Below are positions 57,205-64,000 of a stretch of 64,000 bases of DNA, one piece after another. The position numbers and the translations under genes were made by a program. The stretch is from an uncultured delta proteobacterium. GTDB taxonomy: Bacteria > Desulfobacterota > WTBG01. Location: NCBI GenBank assembly GCA_963793865.1, contig CAWCBP010000014.1:1-64000 (forward strand), given 5' to 3'. Below the pieces are notes generated by a model, which saw only the letters and a list, made by a program, of their open reading frames with translations, was not told the origin of the DNA and ran no database searches. Position 1 is the stretch's first letter; every line of letters begins with the position of its first letter.

Positions 57205-58513
57205 CTACACCTTCTTGATGATCAGGGTGGAGTTCTGGCCGCCGAAGCCGAAGGAGTTGGAGAGGGCGCAGGAGAATGACCCCTCGCGGGACCGGTTGGG
57301 GACGTAATCCAGGTCACAATCGGGGTCCGGGGTTTGATAATTAATGGTGGGAGGGATGAAAATCGTTGTTCATGCCCAGGACGGTGGCAATGAGCTCTAA
57401 AATCCCGGCAGCGGCGACGGTATGGCCGATCATCGACTTGGTGCTGCTCACCGGTATTTTATACGCATGATCTGAAAACACCTTTTTAATGGCCGCGGTC
57501 TCAATGCGGTCGTTCTTCATGGTCGCGGTGCCGTGGGCGTTGATGTATTCAACATCAGTGATGACGATCCCGGCGTCCTTTATGGCCCTGCTCATGGCAA
57601 GCACGGCGCCGGTTCCCTCCGGGTGGGGATCCGCCACGCTGTATGCATCCAGCGAGGTTCCATATCCCGCCACTTCGGCATAGATCGTCGCTCCCCGCCT
57701 CAGGGCGTGTTCGTACTCCTCCAGGATGATCACCCCCGCCCCTTCGCCCAGCACAAAACCGTCACGCTTGCGGTCAAAGGGCTTCATGGCCTCCCGGGGC
57801 GTATCATTTTGTGCCGACATGGTGCCCAGTCCACAGAACCCCTCCATGAAAAACGGGTTGAGCATGGAATCATACCCGCCGCTTATAATCAGGTCAGCGT
57901 CGTTTCTCTGGATGATTCTCAAAGACTGCCCCACCGCCTCTGATGATGCCGCACAGGCGGAAACCACCGTGTAGCAGGGTCCTTTGACGCCATAATGGTT
58001 TGCCACCGAGAGCGTTCCCATGCATGCCCTGTTCCAGAGCGGGGCGCTCACACTTTCCTCAAGCCCGCGCGCCCGCATTTCTTTTTCACTCCCGTATCTG
58101 AAGCCCTGGGCAACGATCGTATCCACCCGGGGAATGATGGAGTGCATGCCTGCCCCCAACACGACACCGCCCCGTGCGGCGCGCAGCGCTTCCGCGGCAA
58201 GCCCCGCATCTTCAACGGCAAGCTTCGCGGCGGCATTGGCGAAGAGCACCCGCCGGTCCCCGGTCATGTCCAGCACCTTCATGCCGCGCAGCAGATGCCG
58301 GGGGTTAAAATCCTTGACCTCGGCGGCTATGGTGGTGGGAAGAGAGGAGGCGTCAAAGAGGGTTATGGGACCGACTCCAGATCTCCCCGCCTTAAGAGAC
58401 CGGGTGACCTCCCCCTTCTCGCTGCCGATGGGTGAAATAATTCCCATGCCGGTTATGACGGCGCGCTTTCTCACGAAGGGCTGATTGAGGGGCTGTTTAT
58501 CGGGTAATGACAT
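57205..58513 (-). CDS. Beta-ketoacyl-ACP synthase (FabF-like), catalytic triad intact, frameshift near 57360
   Basis: SACAAS, INAHGT, KSMIGH; tail PPTIN...[10 protein letters not shown] in shifted frame ending TAG 57205. Confidence 0.9.
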
Positions 58514-58970
58514 TGCCTTCCCTGTCGAGGAAGCCGCCGCTGACGTAGATGTAGCTCTTCTTGATGAAGTCCCGCAGGTGGTCAGGCACGGGGCTGTTGC
58601 CGTACATGATGCGCTCGGCGTGGGCCACCGTCTCGCCGTTCACCTCCGCCCGGCCTTCGATCAATGAACCGCTTTCGTTAATGGAGAGGACATCCGCCTT
58701 GAGGATGAGCTGGTCGCCGGGGCGCACCGGACGGTAAAACTTCACCTTGTCGATGCGGAGCAGGATGGCCACGTACTGCCAGCCGGTGGAGAGGGCGATG
58801 GTCCATCCGCCCATCTGGGCCATGGCCTCGATGATCAGGGGTTCGGGCATGAGCGGCGTCAGGCCGTAATGCCGGTTGAAAAAATCCTCTCCCAGGGTGA
58901 CGTTTTTAACACCCACACCGCTTTTCCCGGGAACAAACTGGATGACCTTGTCAAAAAGATGGAATCTCAT
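58497..58970 (-). CDS. FabZ-like hotdog dehydratase, divergent
   Basis: KNVT..EDFF..HY, PLMPEPLIIEAMAQ, VRPGD. Confidence 0.8.
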   Translation of the reverse strand: MRFHLFDKVIQFVPGKSGVGVKNVTLGEDFFNRHYGLTPLMPEPLIIEAMAQMGGWTIALSTGWQYVAILLRIDKVKFYRPVRPGDQLILKADVLSINESGSLIEGRAEVNGETVAHAERIMYGNSPVPDHLRDFIKKSYIYVSGGFLDREGNVITR

Positions 58971-59007
58971 GCACGGAACCAGGAAGCTGTAAAGGGGAAG
59001 GTTTCAA

Positions 59008-59475
59008 TCAGGTGGCATAGACACCGAACGGCTTATCGCCGGTGAGATAGTGAAAATAGTCCTGCGCCTCCTGGGGATCGTCAATGGTTTCGATGGGGAT
59101 GTAGCGGAGACGCGCCGAGGTGAGGATGGTTTTTACCCGGTCCCCGACCCTGACCTGCGCCTTGAAGGTGACCCCCTCGCTGTCCATGGATTGGAACGTG
59201 ACCTCCATGGTCATTTGCTCTCCCGGCTTCACGAAATCTCTGAATTTGATGGCCCCCAGCTCGGCCAGGGTACCCTTGCTTTTAAAATCACTGCTCACGA
59301 ATACCAGCCACGACGCAAGCTGAACGATTGCCTCGAGCTGCATCACCCCGGGCATGACCGGAAAGCGGGGGAAGTGGTCGGCCAGGAAATCCTCGCTTAT
59401 GGTGACATCCTTGCACCCGGTGGCGGATTTTCCCTTCTCGAATTCCAGTATCCGGTCAACCATGAGAAATCGCAT
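59008..59475 (-). CDS. FabZ-like 3-hydroxyacyl-ACP dehydratase
   Basis: FLMVDRI, HFPRFPVMPGVMQLEA, VKPGE. Confidence 0.88.
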   Translation of the reverse strand: MRFLMVDRILEFEKGKSATGCKDVTISEDFLADHFPRFPVMPGVMQLEAIVQLASWLVFVSSDFKSKGTLAELGAIKFRDFVKPGEQMTMEVTFQSMDSEGVTFKAQVRVGDRVKTILTSARLRYIPIETIDDPQEAQDYFHYLTGDKPFGVYAT

Positions 59476-59479
59476 ATGC

Positions 59480-59851
59480 TTATCCTTTCACCAGCTCCGC
59501 GGAAGCGACAGCGTAGTGGGCGGTGTGGGAGAGCGACACCAGAATTTCCCTGATGTTCTTTTCTTCCATGAGCCGCTTTACCTCGCCGTAGGCATTAATG
59601 CGCGGCCTCCCCAGGGCATCGTTGACGACTTCTATGTCCGTCCACTTCACGTCGCGGGCCCAGCCCACGCCCAATGCCTTGAGCACGCTTTCCTTGGCGG
59701 CAAAGCGGGCGGCAAAATGCTGGTGCCGGTTCTTCTTTTTGCTGCAGTAGCTGATCTCGGCCTCGGTATAGACCCTGGCGAGAAACGACTCGTGCTTTTC
59801 AGCCAGCTGTTCTATTCTCCGCACCTCAACGATGTCTATGCCGATGCCCAT
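59480..59851 (-). CDS. acpS: Holo-ACP synthase
   Basis: GIGIDIVE, FAARFAAKES..KALG, VSLSH. Confidence 0.92.
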   Translation of the reverse strand: MGIGIDIVEVRRIEQLAEKHESFLARVYTEAEISYCSKKKNRHQHFAARFAAKESVLKALGVGWARDVKWTDIEVVNDALGRPRINAYGEVKRLMEEKNIREILVSLSHTAHYAVASAELVKG

Positions 59852-59858
59852 GATGCGA

Positions 59859-60272
59859 CTACGTCTTCCCCTTTTCCTCCAGCATTTTCTTGACAATGCT
59901 CGCGAAGGTCTGCACGGTAAAAAGGGTGGGAATATCATCAGCCCTGAATCCGTCGGTGATCCGCGCCGGGTCCACCTCGGGCATGGACTCTCTCAGCTTC
60001 TTAATTCCCAGGGGTGTCAGGACTCCGTCCACAACCAGGTCTTCGTCTTTCAGGTTTTCGCCTTCCGCAGACAGGGTGCTGGCCTGGATGCCTCCCCGGG
60101 GGATTTTTATGCCGAACTCCTTTTCCAGCCTGAAGACGATATCAAGCAGATCGAGCGATTCGGCGCCCAGATCGTCAAACAATACCGCATTGGGCTTTAC
60201 CTCATCCTCGTCGACGCCCAGCGCATCAACCACACATGCCTTCACCTTTTCAAAAATTGTATTCTCATCCAT
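59859..60272 (-). CDS. Extended acyl carrier protein (137 aa)
   Basis: DDLGAESLDLLDIVFRLEKEFGIKI followed by a long insertion before TVQTF. Confidence 0.88.
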   Translation of the reverse strand: MDENTIFEKVKACVVDALGVDEDEVKPNAVLFDDLGAESLDLLDIVFRLEKEFGIKIPRGGIQASTLSAEGENLKDEDLVVDGVLTPLGIKKLRESMPEVDPARITDGFRADDIPTLFTVQTFASIVKKMLEEKGKT

Positions 60273-60299
60273 CGTCGCTCACCCCTTTAAAAGAATGGA

Positions 60300-61043
60300 T
60301 TATCCTTTGAAGCCTCCATCGACCCGAATGACCTCACCGGTGATATAGGATGCGTCATCCGAGGCGAGGAATGCCACTACGTTTGCTATTTCCTCCGGCT
60401 GTCCCAGGCGCTTCAGGGCAACGGCGTCAAGGATAATATCCTTTGCCCTCCTGATGACCGTGCTGCTCATTTCCGTTTCCACCACCCCCGGCGCTACCGC
60501 ATTGACGGTGATTTTTTTGGGCGCCAGCTCCATGGCCACGGAGCGGGTAAAGGCGTTGATCCCTCCCTTGGAGGCGGCATAGTTGGACTGCCCGCGGCCG
60601 CCCCGCTCGCCCGCGACCGAGGATATGTTTATGATCCTGCCGCTCTTTTGCACCATCATGTATTTTGCCACTGCCTTGGTGCAGTTGAAGAGTCCTCCCA
60701 GGTTGGTTCTGATGACCATGTCCCAGTCCTCCGGAGTCATGGACAGCAGCAGCTCATCCCTGGTCACGCCCGCATTATTGACCAGGATGTCGATCCGTCC
60801 GAACTGTTCGTAGAGGCTGTCCACCATCTTTTCAACCTCCGGCAGCGAGGTTATGTCCGCCTGCATGGCCGCCGCGCTTCCTCCCCCGGAGATGATCTCC
60901 TTAACCACTTCCTCCGCCTTGTCGGCGTTTTTCATGTAGTTGACGGTTACCCGCGCGCCTTCGGCGGCCAGCTTCAGCGAGATGGCCTTTCCCAGTCCCC
61001 TTGATGCGCCGGTGACCAGTGCGACTTTATCTTTCAGTTTCAT
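60300..61043 (-). CDS. fabG: 3-oxoacyl-ACP reductase
   Basis: TGASRGLG, NNAG, NYAASK, VDGG. Confidence 0.9.
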   Translation of the reverse strand: MKLKDKVALVTGASRGLGKAISLKLAAEGARVTVNYMKNADKAEEVVKEIISGGGSAAAMQADITSLPEVEKMVDSLYEQFGRIDILVNNAGVTRDELLLSMTPEDWDMVIRTNLGGLFNCTKAVAKYMMVQKSGRIINISSVAGERGGRGQSNYAASKGGINAFTRSVAMELAPKKITVNAVAPGVVETEMSSTVIRRAKDIILDAVALKRLGQPEEIANVVAFLASDDASYITGEVIRVDGGFKG

Positions 61044-61064
61044 GGTGCAACCTTTCTCGTGCCT

Positions 61065-62234
61065 TCAGTTTGAATGTTTGAGAGCCTTTGCGGTCATTTC
61101 ATACGCCTGGTCGCTGATGCACTTATCGAAGCTTAAGAAGTGATCGAAGATGAATCCGTGCTTTTCACTGAGCGCCCCGATTTCCCTGATCTTATCCAGG
61201 TCGAGGTCCCTGCCCAGGGAAAAGCTTTCCGGCCGGTTTTCAAGGGCGAGGGTGATGGTCTCGCCCAGACAGGAAGGGATGAAGATCGGACCCACGCCGG
61301 AGTAATTGATGTAAAAGCGCCCCCGGGACTGCCATGGCAGGATGGGAATGGGAATGAAGGAAAAAAAGGGAAGAGAAATGGAATGCCAGCCATGGCTGTT
61401 GGTGTGAGGCAGGGAAATGGTCCCCGCGTCAATGACGAGCACATCCTTTCTCTTTTCCTTTTTCTGAATCACATCCCGCGGCTGAGCGATATCAAATATG
61501 ATGGAACCCGGTGCCAGGGTATCGGGATCGATTATATTGCCGGTCGAAGTGGCGCTGAAAATAATGGTCCCGCTGCTCAAGGCTTCTTTAAGGTTATTGC
61601 TGATCTCAACCCTCTTCCTGGCTTCCCCGTCCAGGTTTGCGAGGAAACGGTCTATGAAGGGGGTTGTTTTCCCCCTGCTTACCAGTATAAGACGAACACC
61701 ATCCTGGATGAGCAGCCGCGCGATGGCAAGCCCGATGCTGCCGGGAAAGCCCACAATTACTATTTTCTGCCGATGGATGTCAATCCCTAATTTTTTCACT
61801 ATGTCCCGGAAGGCCCTGAGGGATGAATACACGGTAAGTGAGTTCCCGGTGGTGACCGGAACAGGGGAGTGCTGATTGATTTCCTTGCCTCTCGACCCAA
61901 CCACCGCGGTCATCGCTCCCAGTCCCACAATCTCGGCGCCCCACTCCTTGGCCTGCCTGCATGCCTCGACCACAAGCTCGACGGCCCGTTCCTGGTTGGT
62001 GAGCAGCTGCTCCGCAGTGAGAAAAACACAAAATATCTTGCCGCTGCACTTTTCATGCTGGGCAGAGCACACCTGGCGGTAGGTAAAAATGTCCTTGATT
62101 AAGCCCACTTCAAGCGCCTTGGATACGATTTTCCCCTCGGGCATAAAAGGGATCAGCGATACATCGTGCCGGAGCAGGAATGCCTTTCTCAACTCACTTG
62201 CTTTGCGGGCATGGGCGATGAAACCAAATTTCAT
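61065..62234 (-). CDS. Stand-alone acyl-ACP/thioester reductase-like protein (PigE N-terminal domain / cyanobacterial AAR-like)
   Basis: MKFGFIAH, IVGLGAMT.VVG, PVTTGNSLT, IVGFPGSIG, DIAQPRD, PSCLGET. Confidence 0.75.
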   Translation of the reverse strand: MKFGFIAHARKASELRKAFLLRHDVSLIPFMPEGKIVSKALEVGLIKDIFTYRQVCSAQHEKCSGKIFCVFLTAEQLLTNQERAVELVVEACRQAKEWGAEIVGLGAMTAVVGSRGKEINQHSPVPVTTGNSLTVYSSLRAFRDIVKKLGIDIHRQKIVIVGFPGSIGLAIARLLIQDGVRLILVSRGKTTPFIDRFLANLDGEARKRVEISNNLKEALSSGTIIFSATSTGNIIDPDTLAPGSIIFDIAQPRDVIQKKEKRKDVLVIDAGTISLPHTNSHGWHSISLPFFSFIPIPILPWQSRGRFYINYSGVGPIFIPSCLGETITLALENRPESFSLGRDLDLDKIREIGALSEKHGFIFDHFLSFDKCISDQAYEMTAKALKHSN

Positions 62235-62235
62235 G

Positions 62236-63531
62236 TCAATCAACCTTCTTAATGATGAGGCAGGTGCACTGCCCTCCCAGACCCTGGTTAATGGAAAGCG
62301 CTGTGGTTATGCTTTGTTTCCGGGCCTGGTTGGGCACGCAGTCCAACGGGCAGTCAGGGTCGGGGGTGGTATAGTTGATGGTGGGCGGCAGGATACCCTC
62401 CTGCAGGGCCAGGGCGCTGAAGATCAGTTCCGCCGCGCCCGCGGCTGTTCCCAGATGCCCGGTCATGGATTTGGTAGAGCTGACAGGTACCTTTTGCGCT
62501 CGCGGCCCGAAAACAGCCGCAATGGCCAGTGATTCCGCCTTGTCGCTCATGACCGTGCCGACCCCGTCAGCATTAATGTAGTCAACATCCGCAGGTGCTA
62601 TCCCCGCATCCGCAAGGCACTTTTCCAGGGCGATCCTGATGCCGTTTCCCGACGGGCAGGGCTGGTAGAGATGGTGCGCGCTGGAAGCGCTGCCGTAGCC
62701 GGTTATCTCCCCATAAATGCGCGCGCCCCGGCTGCGGGCATGGGACAGCTCTTCGATGACCACCATGCCGGCCCCCTCGCTGAGTACCATGCCGTCCCGG
62801 TTCAGATCAAAGGGCCGGCAGGCCGCTGCCGGATCGGGATTCCGGGAGAGGAGCTCCAGCTTGTTGAAGCCGAAGAGGGTGGTGGGAAGCAGCAGCGAGT
62901 CATAACCGCCGGCAATGGCGATGTCGGCGGAGCCGCGCCGTATGGTCCGCGCCGCGTCACCGATTGCCTGCGATCCTCCGGTGAAGGAGGCAATGATGTT
63001 GTCGTTTTCCCCCTGTATATTATGCTGAAGGGATATGTAATAAAAGGCGTTGTTGGGAAGCGTTTTTAAGAGGAAGAGCGGGTAGGTGCGGGCGATGCCG
63101 TCGGCACCGAACTTGACCGGATCAAATTTTTTCTTTTCCTCGGACCAGGATTGCACGAGCGGTTCCACCAGGTCGGGGAAGCCGGCGCCTTCCTCGAAGC
63201 CCCCGCCCCCGGAGCCTATGAAGCCGCCGAATCGTGAGGGCTCAAGGGTCTCGGTTTTTATGCCGGAATCGTCAACCGCAAGCTGCGCGGCACCGACCGC
63301 CAGATGGACCATGGGAAAGGTGAGCTTGATGGCCTTCCGGTCCTTGATGAAATCGCCGGCCTTGAAATTTCTTACCTCTCCCGCGGTGTAAACGCCGACT
63401 TCCTCCGGCTTGAAACGGGAAAGCGGTCCTATGCCCGATTCACCGGCGCAGAGGCGCTTCCAGTTTTCCTCCTTGCCCACGCCGAGCGGGCTAATGAGGC
63501 CGACCCCTGTTATGACTGCCCTTCGTTCCAT
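62236..63531 (-). CDS. Ketosynthase-like protein lacking catalytic Cys and first His (chain-length-factor-like)
   Basis: KS fold motifs; ASFTGG at the ACA position, INADG at the NAHG position, GH retained. Confidence 0.8.
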   Translation of the reverse strand: MERRAVITGVGLISPLGVGKEENWKRLCAGESGIGPLSRFKPEEVGVYTAGEVRNFKAGDFIKDRKAIKLTFPMVHLAVGAAQLAVDDSGIKTETLEPSRFGGFIGSGGGGFEEGAGFPDLVEPLVQSWSEEKKKFDPVKFGADGIARTYPLFLLKTLPNNAFYYISLQHNIQGENDNIIASFTGGSQAIGDAARTIRRGSADIAIAGGYDSLLLPTTLFGFNKLELLSRNPDPAAACRPFDLNRDGMVLSEGAGMVVIEELSHARSRGARIYGEITGYGSASSAHHLYQPCPSGNGIRIALEKCLADAGIAPADVDYINADGVGTVMSDKAESLAIAAVFGPRAQKVPVSSTKSMTGHLGTAAGAAELIFSALALQEGILPPTINYTTPDPDCPLDCVPNQARKQSITTALSINQGLGGQCTCLIIKKVD

Positions 63532-63547
63532 GTGCCTTCTCCTGTCC

Positions 63548-63664
63548 TAACAGGCTGTTGAAAAACACCCATCTGATTCGTGGCGGGGTAGGGCTTTTGA
63601 CGCCACAACAATTTGACTTTACGCTTACGGCACGACCCGGTGCCTTCGACTCAGCAAGCTGCTA
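63548..63664. mobile_element. MITE-like variant copy 4
   Basis: TAACAGGCTGTTGAAAAACACCCATCTG left end and CAGCAAGCTGCTA right end, different core; right end contains the upstream KS stop. Confidence 0.7.
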
Positions 63665-64000
63665 AGCCACGTTTCTGATCAGCACCGCCCCGTTTTCTCC
63701 GCTCAGTCCCAGCGTGAGGGAAAGTGCCGCGTGTATCTCCCTTGTGCGTGACCGGTTCGGCGTGTAGTCGAGATCGCAGTGCGGATCCGGCTGCTCATAA
63801 TTGAGCGTGGGCGGGACCATGCCGTGTTTCATGGCCAGCGTGCTTACGATGATCCCGGCCGGACCCGAGGCGCAGAGCATGTGGCCGGTGGCGGCCTTGG
63901 TGGAGCTGACTGCAATGCGGTAGGCGTGATCGCCGAAAACGCGCTTGATGGCCTCTGTTTCAATCCGGTCCGAGAGGACGGTGGCATTGCCCTCTGCATT
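63662..64000 (-). CDS. Ketosynthase-like protein, C-terminal part (truncated by window edge), first His replaced
   Basis: NAEGNAT..SD..ET, SSTKAATGH, PPTLNY, SLTLGLSGEN. Confidence 0.8.
   Translation of the reverse strand, partial: NAEGNATVLSDRIETEAIKRVFGDHAYRIAVSSTKAATGHMLCASGPAGIIVSTLAMKHGMVPPTLNYEQPDPHCDLDYTPNRSRTREIHAALSLTLGLSGENGAVLIRNVA

Noticed and set aside
57205..64000. Calling the cluster prodigiosin or ladderane biosynthesis
   Set aside because: No pyrrole-pathway genes or aminotransferase, and no radical SAM or desaturase-like genes within the visible cluster; product cannot be assigned

Overview
Bacterial genomic DNA, probably a Desulfobacterota/'Deltaproteobacteria'-like anaerobe (inferred from gene content and repeat families), apparently an imperfectly polished assembly: about 14 genes carry single-base frameshifts. 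Layout: (1-15.5 kb) plus-strand envelope/transport genes, a tetraheme cytochrome c with an Ig-like module and a CoA-disulfide/persulfide reductase; (15.6-26.8 kb) minus-strand glycolysis cluster pfk-pyk-pgi-[PQQ sugar dehydrogenase, opposite strand]-eno-gpmA-gap-pgk, whose GAPDH and PFK resemble kinetoplastid/spirochaete types; (27-35 kb) Mla/Pqi-type lipid ABC operon with DUF2092 and an RQ-repeat protein; (35.7-37.6 kb) aldehyde:ferredoxin oxidoreductase; (37.7-54.4 kb) minus-strand SYLF, B12-radical SAM, PagL, DUF748, AsmA, nitroreductase, MacAB-type exporter, GT-C-like membrane protein and secreted repeat protein; (54.8-57.1 kb) toxin-antitoxin pairs and integron cassettes with a clear attC but no integrase in the window; (57.2-64 kb) a non-housekeeping type II FAS/PKS-like cluster with one intact and two catalytically degenerate ketosynthases, two FabZ-like dehydratases, AcpS, an extra-long ACP, FabG and a stand-alone PigE-N/acyl-ACP-reductase-like enzyme. 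Intergenic regions are dense with MITE-like, REP-like and 7/8-bp-repeat-bounded mini-elements, one holding a garbled four-helix-bundle gene. Family calls come from recognised motifs, not database searches.
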